DNA of 64,000 nt. Source: Blasia pusilla. Its lineage: Eukaryota. Positions 38,940-56,454 of the stretch are shown here, in pieces. A model generated the notes under the pieces. The model was not told the origin of the DNA. It did not search any database and saw nothing but the letters and a program-made list of their open reading frames with translations. Within the stretch, counting starts at the first letter, position 1. Every line of letters starts with the position of its first letter. Location: assembly GCA_050084515.1 (NCBI GenBank), contig CM114271.1:41292001-41356000 (forward strand). Direction: 5' to 3'. The position numbers were made by a program, and so were the translations under genes.

Positions 38940-40200
38940 GTTGAAGTGGGCTTATGATGGAGTTCAAAGACCATCGCTACATACATTGGAGGTGATCTTG
39001 GATGGAGGGCCACGATCTCAGACTGTTACTTGTGATGATATACCATTGTTGGTAGTGGCCAATTGGTCAGGCTACTAGAGGGCAATATGCGTTGCCTACA
39101 TTGGTGAGTTTTTCCGTCAGCTCATGCTTTTCTTCAAGGAGAACAAGGCATACTATGGGATGAGCGGGAAAATATATTGGTAGAGCCCAATGCCGAGGAG
39201 CGAGAGCAAGTTTTGGGATTCTCTACAAATATAATCGTAGAGGCATCACATAAATAGGTGTTGGGTTAGGCTTTGGACATAAATTATCGTACTTGGGTGA
39301 TTAATCTTGGTTTGGCTAAGCAAGGATAAATGCAAGAAGTATTTGTGACATTATGTCCATTTTGTAGCTCAATATCTATCGAAATGGATGAGACAAGAGT
39401 AGGGGGCATGATGGTGATGGAGAGGCATCCATGGACTTTATGGGACATGTTACAAGAGCAAAGAGAGATGGGAGTTCATTTTTTTGATGCGAGACATAGC
39501 AGAGTGCCTAGAGAGTTGGTGCTTGAGTTGGGAGAGTATGTTGTTACTACTCTAGAGGTTACTAGTTTGCTACCACCACTCTTCTATGCTATATATAGAG
39601 ATCATCAATGAGACTTAGAGCCCGATCCCATGGACATGCTTTGAGGTCACGAAGACCCTCATTTTTGCGTCCAAAACAAATCATTTACGAGTGGATAATG
39701 TAACAAAATTCCGAGTCCCTAATAACTACTTCTAGTCATTACTAGGTCAAGGTTGCTCAACATTGGGCCATTTTTATACCCAAAATTTTTGAGCGTAGAA
39801 AAATTGGCGACCCCCCTATGGTCTCCAACTTGGTGCGCATGGGATTTGGCCCATAATTGGGAGTTACTGATTCGTCCTAGATTGACAAGAGCCGAGAGGA
39901 GACAAGTGTTGCAATTCTTGTAGAGATGAGGGACTATTTTGCATAGAGAATCCATGATTTGGATACGTTGAAGGATCCAAGTATTTGGATCGAGTCGGAT
40001 AGTGATATATCCATCTTTCAAAAACCCTACAAGTATTTTGGCATGGAGTGAGCCTTGATTTAGAGCAAGAGTCAATATTTGGTTGACGTCAAATTGGTGG
40101 AGAGATTGTTTGGAGAGTATGCATCCACCATAATTATGCTAACAAAGAAGGACATGCATGGCCATTCGACCGATAGGCAAATGTGTGGGGATTACCGTCC
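38940..40200 (+). mobile_element. Degraded Gypsy fragment: DNMT motifs IX-X, linker and start of RT
   Basis: EPNAEEREQVLGF at about 39183, HPWTLWD linker, EYASTIIMLTKKDMHGHSTDRQMCGDYRP at 40115-40200. Confidence 0.8.
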
Positions 40201-40609
40201 GAGGCGCAGTAAGAGGAGAGGAAGAGAGGAAAGAGGAGAGAGGAAACTTCCTTCAACCCAAAGAGATACTTTTTTTTGAAGAGAGTTTCCTCTAAGTTGA
40301 AGAGAGATTTTGTTGGGTTGAAGAGAGGAGGTTTCTTATGTGAACTTATTTTTCAATTTTGTTTTGTGTGCTTAGTCACTTCCTCAAATTGGTTTCTCCT
40401 CTTTCCCATTTTGATAACCCGTCGAATCCAACGAAGTTGCAACTTGCAATCGGAAGTAGACAAACTAAAAAATCATTGGAACAAAACTTGTCAAACTAAT
40501 GCTTTTTCCATCCAAGGTCTGAAAAAGATTTATCATTTTTCCTCGGTGATTAGAGTTCAAGCTTATAGTGAACATTCTGGCACTGCAAAGTACACTCTAA
40601 CACCTCATG

Positions 40610-43186
40610 TTGCATCCTCAGAGTGGTTTGTTTAGGATACTTTGCACTTCTTTGAGGAACAAAATTGGTTGGTGGATTCCTACTCCCACCTCCAACTCTC
40701 TTAAAACTACAAGCAACACATAGTAAATGTGCTTACAAGGGAAATACTTTTTTCTCACTTGTCTCTCTTTGGACAAAGTCATCACAGGAACATGTGGGAA
40801 AACAACAGATGTGTACCACATATACCCCTGTCACACTTGGATTCATAGTGTTGTTCCCAACCCAATACATCCTTCCTATTCAATTGCCACTATGAACGTC
40901 TTTTGTAGCGATGATTTCCATGTTGGCCTCCCGAGTTGATGCGATTCGCTTTGCTCTCTCCACCGTTGGCCTACACATTTGCTTTTTCTTCATCCCATTT
41001 CTAAACTTGAGTATAAATAGTGGATTGATATCATCCACATTCTCCGGATACATGTTGACATCAATCTTGGGTTGGATCCAAAATGCAAAGATCTATGTAA
41101 TGCAAACATGCTCCGAACTCCCTCCGTCTATGAGTCTGAAACCAACACTTGTAAGATTGTTCACTTCCTCGTGAGTGCAATTGATCCCTACAGCAATACG
41201 CCTAATCGTGGGGGTATTCCCTGGAGCTCCAATGGTAGTTGGATAAGATGTTCCCAAAGCGCATGATTCATTTGGGCAGAATAAGTACTTCAATTGAACC
41301 CCGGTTCTCGTAAAATGATCAAAAGTTTTCAGCCCCAAGAAGCCTGGCACTGATCGTCCTGTCCTTGTAAAATTCTTATTTAGGATAGTGCCACATGCTC
41401 TCCTAAATCCATTTGATCCTGCTCTGCAAGTGGAGCCACGTCCAGGGTTGCTTCGAGAAATATGCCTCCGCTTGAGGTTGCAATCAACCTCAATGACCGA
41501 ATCCATACTTTTGAACTTCCACCGAGATGCCTTTGGGAAGTTCTAGCAAAAGAGGCATTTTGAAATAAAACATTCATTAATTTTGAAGGATTTCTTGAAT
41601 TTGGGAGCAATTAGGGTGTCTTGAATGGGCAGGCGGGGTAATTTCATCATCCGAATAAACCACCGGATTCTTTCCTTGATGTTGACGCTTGACTTGCTTG
41701 AAGTCAATATACTATTTTGGTCTCCAAGAGTCTCGCTAGATCGCTCTACCACCATTCAGATGGGACATCTCAAAACACATCCACGAATGTCCCCACCAAT
41801 GTGGACATCTTTCTCGAGAGGAGTTCCACCTACGCATCGGTTGAAGGCTTCCACATACGCTTTTTCATAGATCTTCAAAATGGGCTCTAACATAGAGCTC
41901 ATAAATTGAAGGGCCCTTTCCTTGGTTATGCCTTTTGTGAGGAAGATGTGGAATCTGCCAGATTGTAGGATTGCTCTTGCTTGGTCTTGTTGGCATGCCT
42001 CAACGAGAGATATTTTTTGACATGTTTGTGATGAACTCTAGGAGGAATGGACACTCTTGGCTCCATTTGTGCAAAGGCAGAGGGCATTTTTGTGAATGTT
42101 CGGCCCCCTGCATAGGAGAACTTGTCAATTGAAGGAGGGAACGCCTAAGTGTTCAACCCTTGCAACCGTTTAATCGACGGGTTGCAAGCAAGATACAACT
42201 ATAGGGACCAAAATCTAGCTGCAAGAAGCATTTAGTTGTAAACAACCAACCCGTCAATAAGAAGTATGAACAGAAATTGCAACCTCCATGTTGCTGACAA
42301 CTACCAACGCGGGAGTGGTTCGACGGGTTGCAAAAGATGTAATTTGCGGGACAAAGAATCCGTCGAATCGGACGGGTAGCAAGCGACTTTTTCGAAATGT
42401 TCTACTTGCAACCCATCCGAATGGAGACGGGTTGCAAGTTGAACTTTTTTCACAAAAAATTACTTGCAACCCATAAGATTGAAAGATGATTTTTTTTTGC
42501 AAAAAAGTTACTTGCAACCTGTCGGATTCCGATGGGTCGCACCTATATGTTTTTCGCAAAAAGTCTGCTTGCAACATGTTGGAATCTGACGGGTTGCAAC
42601 CCGTCGGATTCGACGGGTTTCTTAACTCTGATGCAACCTGTTGGTTCCGATGGGTTGCTTAACCTACCTATTTTTCAACCCATAGGATTCCGACGTATTG
42701 CAACCTCACACTTGGACTGCATACTTGGAGAAAATGGAGAAAACTCAACTGCCGCATGAAGTTTCCCCATTGCCTCATGCGAATGGTCCACCAACTAAGC
42801 CACAAACACAACTCTTTGTATTTTACCTCAATCGCATGCTTCCTCCACCACACATGAAGCTCTTCTTGGCACTCCATGGCTTGTTTCAAGATTTTGCTAT
42901 CCTTGCAATGTTGAAGTAGAGCTACATGCTCAGTTCTCTTAGTCTACTTGATGCAAGATTTTGTGTAGCGAGTCATGGATCACGCCAATGGCAAGCATCG
43001 AACTTCCCACCCCCCACCCCCTAAACACTTCCTTGATAGCGATCCATCCCGGTTGGGCATTGTCCGCCATGAAGCCATATATTTCAAGAGGAGGTTTTTT
43101 TTTTTTTTTTTTTTTTTTTTCCTTCACCACCTCCAATTAGAGTAACCATCACATCTTCAAGCTGTCAACATCTTCCGCTTTCACCT
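40610..43186 (-). pseudogene. C-terminal half of a MULE/Mutator-like transposase with a SWIM zinc finger
   Basis: EVKAEDVD...YGFMADNAQPGW (second catalytic Asp), WLSWWTIRMRQWGNFM, probable GT-AG intron 42724-42108, SWIM finger CSCDDF...FPCKHIYYV at about 40720-40800. Frameshifted. Confidence 0.72.
42160..42710. repeat. Array of about 11 degenerate palindromes, consensus TGCAACCCGTCGGA-N-TCCGACGGGTTGCA, in the transposase intron
   Basis: Examples at 42513 (TGCAACCTGTCGGATTCCGATGGGTCGCA), 42570, 42595 and 42632. Confidence 0.88.
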
Positions 43187-43671
43187 CTCGAGGGGGACAC
43201 TCTACGTATACCTCCTACATCACCTACGACGTTTTGGGGTCGGAAACCCCTAACTTATCAGTGAAAATTTTTTTTCCTCCCACTTACTTACTTTATGACC
43301 CCTACATTTTGTTAAGTAAATTTGTGTCCTTGATTTGTTTAGGGGTTTGAAAGTAAAGATAAGTACGCCTTCACGCGACGGTCTTGTATTTTTGCACTTG
43401 ATAATAGGCTATTAAAAGCTTTCAGAAATACCCAAGCCACTGCCAAACATAGTAATGATATGTAAGGTGGAATTATATGTATGTTTCCATTTAATCAATA
43501 TTTAGTGCAACTTCCACTTTCCCTGTTACTTTGACACGTATGACGGAGAGGAATTGAACCTCAGTATGGTTAGGATGCTCATATGGCCACGCCGTCATCC
43601 CCCTAACATATCCCCTCCCAAAACTAGCCTATCATAAACTCATAAAATGACTTCACACTATAACATGCACA

Positions 43672-45498
43672 TCACTTGGCAAAAGACGATACGCTGCGGA
43701 TATAATCATTGATCACTCGTAAATCACTGTTATCCAATTCATATATCCTGGATATAAGACTTGGCTTCATGGACAAGCTCACATTTGAAATCACCATTTC
43801 AATGCCAATATATTGGCCATCACATGCATCATATGTGAACAAGGTGTTGCTCTTACCAATTAAGGTATTGCTTTGTGCTTGCCGATACCAATTGCACAAT
43901 ATCCGACAAACTTATCATCCATCTTTTAGGAGAGGTCGGTCCAAAAGATCAATAGGAGATCTACATCTACCCCATTGACTACCATATTTTTTTTTTATGA
44001 ATAGAATGCGACCTAACCAAAACCCTTTTGTAGGGACTATTCTGTTCTCATCTAAGTCTTTTTTTTTTCTCTTCTTTGACTTACTTGATCTAGTAGAAGG
44101 TCCAACTTGTGTAGTAGACTCAAACAAAACACCTACATCACTTCCAATGTCAACATAAAAAGTTGGGCAATCTGGATTACTTGGTTCTTTTACCTTACCT
44201 GTAGTGTAATATGTTTTCTGTGACATCCGTGTTAGTCTATCTTTAGAAATGAAAGGATTGCAGGCCCAATCACTCACCAAAGTGGACTTGTAGTATATTC
44301 TGCCCTCAAATGTCACAGTAGGCACAACTTTATAAGGAACTCCATATGTGCACTCCTGCAAAATTGAACTGAAAACATGCCTTACCTCATGTCTCAATAT
44401 TTTTGTCTCTGTGGATGGATTATTATGTGCATCCTCAGCCAAGTCCTCACCAATCATCTAGACTCAAGAAAGGTTGGTGCATCACTTTCCCAAGCATCAA
44501 GACTATTGAAATCCCTCTGCATTGGGTCATCAATTTATGTTTCATCAACACTAGACTCCTCGGGTGGGCAAGGGCCTACTGTTGGTCTATGTTCAACAAA
44601 ATCCTCAAAGTCATCACATGCAACTGTCTCATTTATAACAGCAGAATCAGGCCACGTCTGTGCCTTCACATCTGATGGATGCAACCACCATTGCCTTTGA
44701 CCTGTAGGCAAAGAGGACCTAGGAGACATACTTAACCTACTCAATATAGATTTTGCTTCATCCAAACCCTCTTTAAGGGCATGAACTACTAGCTCATTAG
44801 TCTGAATTAATGAATATTCAAACAAGTTATGAGCATCTTCTCCTATACCTAACGGATGGAGAGTTCCCCACACATGATCTTGCTTTGGGTGAGACTGGTC
44901 AATCTTTAATCCTTCTGGTCCAAATTCCAAGCCAGCCAGTCTATTCAATCCCACCGCACTCTCCAACAAAGAACCAAAATCATAGTTCCGTTCATGGGCA
45001 CTCATTCCACCTATCTTGCTGAAGAAGATCTCACAACAATCAGATCCTAGGAGGTGAAATGGAACTTGCAAGTATGGATACTTGTCACGGAAAGTACACA
45101 TTAGTAATACAATAAAATGGCAAGACATGTTGATATCATGGAAAGCTTGCACTGATATCATGTTCTTCTTTGTCACAGATCCTACACTCCTTGTCATAGA
45201 ATGATCACCATATCTCAGCCAAAGTGTCTAGAGTCGAAAGAACCACGACACTTTAGATGCCAAAACTACACGACTCTTCAGGTCATACTTACATGAGAAG
45301 AAAATATCAATGTAATTACCACAAAACTCCAAGTATAGTTGGGTCCCGAGGCTTCTGTCATGGCGAACATCCATTCTCTCAAACATATCCTACAAACAAG
45401 ATAATATTCTCTTTGAAGAAATTCCTTGAGGCCCATCCCAATTATGTCTGCCAGTCCTATTCACATCATCCCACTTCAAGCCATGCTCATGGATTTTG
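43672..45498 (-). pseudogene. C-terminal half of the P-like transposase
   Basis: KIHEHGLKWDDVNRTGRHNW, GTQLYLEF, FFRL*TLWL, FHLLGSDCCEIFFSKIGG (compare the P-family QDxLExFFS catalytic Glu), then a C-terminal domain DIGSDVGVLF...FWLGRI...CNWY. Confidence 0.72.
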
Positions 45499-46986
45499 TC
45501 TATGTGCTTTGAATTTTGTACAGGAGACCAAGTAGGAGGAGGAGTTTTCAGATAGAGACTGTGTAGCTAATTGGGAGCGGCATGATAGTTGCCAAAGAGT
45601 AACTATCAAGGGAAGCTACTTCTATTGCTGCCTTAGAGCATGGATCCCGGAGCTACCAATGCATATGATTGTTTGGTAGCCACAGTATACCTCTACTGCA
45701 AGCCTCAATGAGATAAGGCTACCACTCTCAAGGAGCTGGTATTTCCCCCTAATGATACTTTTAGATGAATTCACTTGCAATAGTCTTTGTAATGATCACA
45801 AAGAGCTTTCATCCTAGATTTCCCTCTACAACAAAAAATTGAGTTGTAACATGTTATCGCCTCAAGCAAGGCTTTTGCTCACTCCTCTTCAATGTGGGGA
45901 AAATTTCTTCAAATACCCCGGAATCGAGCGACATGTCCTAGAGTTTTGGCCTGGAATTCTCCAATAACCGCATCTGATACTCTAGGGGTAATCGCATTTG
46001 AGATCCACACAAAATGTTTTAACACCTTTAGTAAACTATTCAAAATATATAATAGCATGGATAAGATTGTAAGATACAAATTGAGACCACTACGTTTCTG
46101 CTTGTGTTTGCACAAGCATAAACGTGGTTGATACAGTGCACAACCCTTATGTTGCTCCTGATGCACTCATCTTCTTGCATCACTATTGTGATGGATGCAA
46201 GGTATATCATGCTAGCATATACGACTTAGTGTAGTGTCGTAGATGTCCCTTGCTTGGTGTTATGTTCGGACCCAGGAGGCAAGAGACACTTGCACAAAGG
46301 TGTGATGATAATGGCGGGTGGAATTTTGGTGAGTGGCGACTTGTGTATTGCCGTCATCATACAATTCAAAGGGCTAGTGTGTGCCTACTCATGAGTGAAC
46401 CTACCATGGCACTAGCCCCTCAACCTTCTTTCTAAGATACTCCACTTGGGTAATAGATGAAAGTTAGGCCACTAGATTTTGGGATTTAGACCTGAGTATT
46501 TAAAAGAAAATGTTTGCCCCGTGGTGGCTTTAAACGGAATGTCTTAAATTAAGGAGATGACATGACTATATATACAAATTTATGCTAAGTGAGATTGAAT
46601 GCAAAGTAGCATTTAATTCTAGAATTGCTTTGAATCTTATCTATGGTGTTGTATTCTCTGTTGTGGTTTGTATAATAGGTTTATATGTGTATCCTCATAG
46701 TTTCCAAAGTTGACTTGTAGTAGAGCTAATTTCAGATTGGTTGAAAAGAGGGGTGAAGGAGAGAATGATGAGAGTATTTGTATTTTAGGTTACTTAGATG
46801 GGCAGACACTAGCAGACATGTGCTTGAAATGTTCTACAATTGTGGAATTTGATTTTGATTTCTGGGACTTCAAGCTCCCTTGTAGAACGCACAGGGATGC
46901 AGAGAAGGTCATTCTGCTGATGGAATTGGATGGTATAGTAGGCCTATGTTATTCAACAATTACCTGTAGGCCCTTGTGGGAGGACA

Positions 46987-49513
46987 ATGCAAGTGTCCTC
47001 CCAATCTTCTTCAACCACCTTGTCTATTATAGCCGAGACTGTAGCAGGTTCAGCTCCAGTGTCTAAGAACCATATTGAAATTGAGGCACATCCGGTGGGT
47101 TTAATTGATATCACAAACCAAGGTTCCGTCCGGACCTCATTTGAGTCGATGGTGATGGCGAGATCCACTGCAAAATGCTATAATGATGAGATAATGAGAT
47201 TAGGGAAGTGGGTTGAGAAGAATGGATACAAGGATCACAATTGGAGGGTGAGGACATGGGATGATGGAACATATGTCAGTGGACATCTAGAGTGTTTGGA
47301 GTGTAGAGTGAACTATGGGAATGCAGAGAATTCCCAAAATGTGAAAGCTATTGCAAATTGCTTTAGCAATTTTAGGACAAAGCATCTAGTTAACTCGAAA
47401 CATAAGGATAGCTTCTCTAAGAGAAGGAAATTTCCTACATCATTGATGCAGCCTAGTGACATTGTTCACAGATCTGAATTTGATCATGGTGAGGCCATTT
47501 CTAGAGGACTAGAGATTGTCTCCCACCTGAATGATGATGTTGGGGGTGATAGGGAGGTATTCTTTGTGACACCATCTCCCACAGATCCTCAGTATGCCAA
47601 TATGTCATACCTGTTTAAGGTCAGGTGTAGGGTGTGTGGAAAGTTGCATACAGACATGTGCCCAAAGAAATTGAATTTGGATCATAATTTGAGACAACAC
47701 ATGGTTAGTCGGGATCACTTGGATGCCTCTTACGTCAAGGAGGCTTCTGTGGAGATTGCATTGAGGTCTGGGAAGAGAGGCAGACCAAGGAAAGCAGATA
47801 CAAGGGATCAACACCTATCACAGGGATCAATCTTGAAGTTCTTCACAAGAGATAAGTCCAACGTTGGGAGCTCTTCTGAGAAAGGTGGGTGAGATCGAGC
47901 AATAGATCCAGGACTAAGTTTGCTTTGTTGGGGATTGTGGGATGAAATGGTGAAGTCGAGAGGAGATCGAATGGATGTCAACGCTGTTCTTGATGATCAA
48001 GAGGGAGGAGCCTTGTGGGATTTTCAGTTAACCTGTTGTGCACATGTTTACAATCCTACTCTAGAGTCTCTAGTGACCATTCAAGGTTGTTTTAGACACA
48101 AGCAATGTGAAAGGTTGTCTTACAATGGTGGCGGGTTTATGAACCTAACGTGTAGTAAATGTGAGTCAGTAAAGCGATTGGATGATTTCCGTGGTCAGGT
48201 GCACAGGGAAGCAGAAGCTTTAGTGCCAAGAGGAGCTAGAGATACCAGGGGGGGGATATGGTTGGATTGTCTCACCAAGATAGAGCACAAAATGCACGTT
48301 GCAAATGTGACTTCCAAATTCAGAAAGTAACGATGGCTTCTATCAGAGTATGCTGCCAAAGTAGTTGCCTTGAGTACTAGGCGGAGGAAACTAGAGGAAT
48401 TATTAGGAGTAGCTACAGATAGGAAGGATCTGAGACTGTTCCTTAGGAATATAGTGAATGGGCATAGGATTGGGGTATTTGGTGGCAAAGAAGGGTTATG
48501 GGATTTCATGACAGATGTTGCTAGAAATCTAACTAGGGCTGCCAAGGGTTTTAGGTATGGTAAAAGAACCATAGCCATAGCCCAAGCAATGCTACAATTT
48601 GGTGGTAGGCAAGTGGCCTACTGCTTTTAGAAGAACTTAGGTGGTCCAAGTCTAAAAACATTGAAGTGAGACAGAGCCAAGTTACCATCCTTCAGAGTTG
48701 GATTATGCAAAGAGATATTCATGGAGGTTGGCATAATTTTATCTGCATCAAAGCAAACTCTTGGAATTGAAGGAGATGTCCTTGTAATATTTGTAGAGGA
48801 TGAAACAAGGATTAAGGAGAGGCCTAGGTGAGTGTTTTGAGATTCAATACAACAAATTATAAGCCACTGAAGAATTTTCTGCTTGTGAATATAACCTAAC
48901 ATTACAAAGTCATGTCGGACATATGGGAGGCCAAGTATGATATCCTGATTGGGTTTTGTGGGCCCAAAGAGTCACACCAATGTTCATATGGAATGGAAGT
49001 ACTGGTCGGGGAGGGTGATGAGGACTACCATAAGATTGTAAGTACTTTCCAAGGTTACTGTAAAGGCATGTATGCTAGAGTTATCATTGTAAATCCTCTT
49101 CATGAGTCTATGCCTAAATTGGCCATCTGTGTTACTGCCACATGTAACAAGTTCACTGCAGATTGGGTGAGACAACATCGGGTGCAGCTGAAAGCAATGT
49201 GGGATGAGTATTGTCGAGGTGATGTCGGGCCTTTATTAGGACATGCCATTGATGGGGATGCTTGTCGTAGAAAACTAATGATGGAGGATTTTAGGGGTGT
49301 TAACTCTACTACACCTAGGTATAGTGTGGGGTGGGAAGGATGGCAGTATTCTGTCTCTATTCTTCCTAATGGTGATTTGTATGGCTTTGGAGACCAAGAT
49401 GCACCTCACAATGGGAAAAAAAAATTTAATCCGTCGGATAGATGCTCAGCTACTTGTGTCCTTGGAGATCAACAAGCATCTTTGTCATATGTGACAAATG
49501 TCTATAACCACTA
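46987..49513 (+). pseudogene. N-terminal half of the P-like transposase (inside the inverted segment)
   Basis: Two C2H2-like fingers (CLEC...HLVNSKH and CRVC...HMVSRDH); IFVEDETRIK (Asp1), WEAKYDILIGFCG, GHAIDGD (Asp2), DQDAPHNGKK (DxxH motif); intron 48828-48922 whose acceptor reads AT rather than AG. Confidence 0.75.
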
Positions 49514-50000
49514 GGAAGTGCAGATACGGACACAAGTAGTTCAACTGATCATTTGCCAGTTACAGCTATACAGTTACACAATTACACAGTTAAAAACTCA
49601 TCCCACTACTTGGTCTCCTACACAAAATTCACAACACAAAGCAAGAAAGGATTCTGATATTGCTAAGCTACTCACTTGCCATAATTGTTCCACATATTTA
49701 GTCCTCTTCATCAATTGCCCAGATCTATTGCACTGCTAAATAATGTCTATTGGAGATCCCAATCAGCTACACAGTCTCTATCTCTGGCTGAAAACTCCTC
49801 CCCCTACTTAGTCTCCTATAAAAAATTCACAGCACACAAAGGAAGAGCAGATGCGGACACAAGTGGTTCAGCTGGTCACTTGCCAGAATAGTTCAACACA
49901 TTCAGTCCTCTTGATTCATTGCCTCAATGTGTTGCACTGGTAAGTAATGTCTATTGGAGATCCCAATCAGTTGAAGTAGATGGTATGATGAAGAGTTATA
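49514..50000 (+). repeat. Degenerate tandem copies (about 190-200 bp unit) of the LINE 3' zinc-finger region
   Basis: TACTTGGTCTCCT..AAAATTCACA, CTGATATTGCTAAGCT and CACTGGTAAGTAATGTCTATTGG match 54935-55125; a displaced piece lies at 45499-45580 on the minus strand. Confidence 0.8.
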
Positions 50001-50351
50001 GCAAATCAACATCACCTACCCAACCACTACCCTGCTCTGAGCTTGAAACACAGACATAGCAAAGCTTCTCTAGCAGAAAATGTCTACTCCTTGATTGTAA
50101 ACGGATATGCAAGTGAAGTTCATTACTTTGCCTTTTCATTGTTCTCACAAAACAATGAAAAGAAGTGTGTTTTATACATACACAATATAAACACACTACT
50201 GTGTATTTATATTGTGTGTGTGTTTATATTATATACATACACTCAATGAGTGTGTGTATAAACATACTCCCCATGAGACGGTCTAATACATGTTGAAGAT
50301 GGACTATCATGTGCATCTGAGTTTGAAGAAGCCCCGCCCACTTCATTTGGA

Positions 50352-55423
<5,072 letters not shown>

Positions 55424-55752
55424 CTCGTATGTTGCATACTTTGTCTTGTTTCTCTCTGCCATGTTGGATCATGTTGCGCGATCATGTCTATTTGCATTTC
55501 ACTTATTATTCAAACGCATACGAGTGGCAGTCGAACATTCTGTCTCACGAGATCTTCTAATAATTAGGAGTGATAAATGTCGCTTGATCTTGATCTCTTC
55601 ATCTGAGTGTGAGAGAGAGAGAGGACAACGGAGGCACTCACCGTGATAAGAGATACATGAGCAGCGAAGACGGTAAAGATGAGCAGCTCCAAGCTCTTTC
55701 CTTTCTCGTTTGGAGGGGGATCAGCAGACTTTGGAAAAGATCATCGCCTGCG

Positions 55753-56012
55753 AGGGAGAGCAAGAGAGGGGCAGGTGAAGCTCAAAGTTTGCAACGAGGG
55801 AGAGAGCAGCAAAGAGAGGGCGGAGGGAGATGAGGGTTTAGGCGAGGGGGGTGGTAGTTTTCGAATCAAAACATCTTCCGTCTAGGGCAAGAGCAAGAGA
55901 GGGGCGGGTGAAGCTCGTTAGCAACGGCGAGGGAGACGAGAGAGCAGCAAAGCGGGAGAAAGACAAGGGTTTAGGCGAGGGGGGTGGCCATTTTTGAATT
56001 GAAATGTCTTCC
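55753..56012. repeat. ~130-bp direct duplication, GA-rich, with AGGGTTTAGG motifs
   Basis: AGAGCAAGAGAGGGGCRGGTGAAGCTC...AGGGTTTAGGCGAGGGGGGTGG occurs twice. Confidence 0.8.
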
Positions 56013-56454
56013 GATTTTCTGATCAGGCCAATCGTGTGCGATATTTCTAGGGAAAAGTGATACACTTCAATAAAAATGTTTGAGATTTCTAGGGCAGGGA
56101 GTGAAGACTTCGTGATCAGTCTCATTTTGAAAGTTTCAGGTCGATCATAGTGTCGTGCTAGCTCTCTCTATGTCTATGGGGAGTGACTTGGTAAGATTTC
56201 TTGAAAAGAGTTGAGGTGGGCAATATGGGTTTAGGGTTTAGGCGAGGAGGGGTGTGTCGTGAAAATGATTAAAAAATAAAACATACCACTCTCCAAAAAC
56301 AGTAAGTGCCCAAAGTCACATACCTTGCCAATTCAAATTCAACATAAGTTAGGATAAAAAATCATACTATTTTTTTGAACTGAAAAGTTAATGCTAGCCT
56401 AAATTTTTTTTTCCAAAAGAAGCAATCCAATCATACGAATATAGAGACTTCAAA

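Noticed and set aside
39540-39620. Fourth copy of the readthrough signal
   Set aside because: Linker too decayed; no TAG-CAR-YYA could be aligned, so it counts neither for nor against.
43095-43120. Poly(A) tail of a retroposed insertion (T26)
   Set aside because: Lies within the MULE coding frame with no flanking TSD or inserted body; more likely slippage of a lysine-codon run.
55830-56245. Interstitial telomere (GGGTTTA motifs)
   Set aside because: Only isolated or two-copy motifs, more like telo-boxes than a telomeric array.
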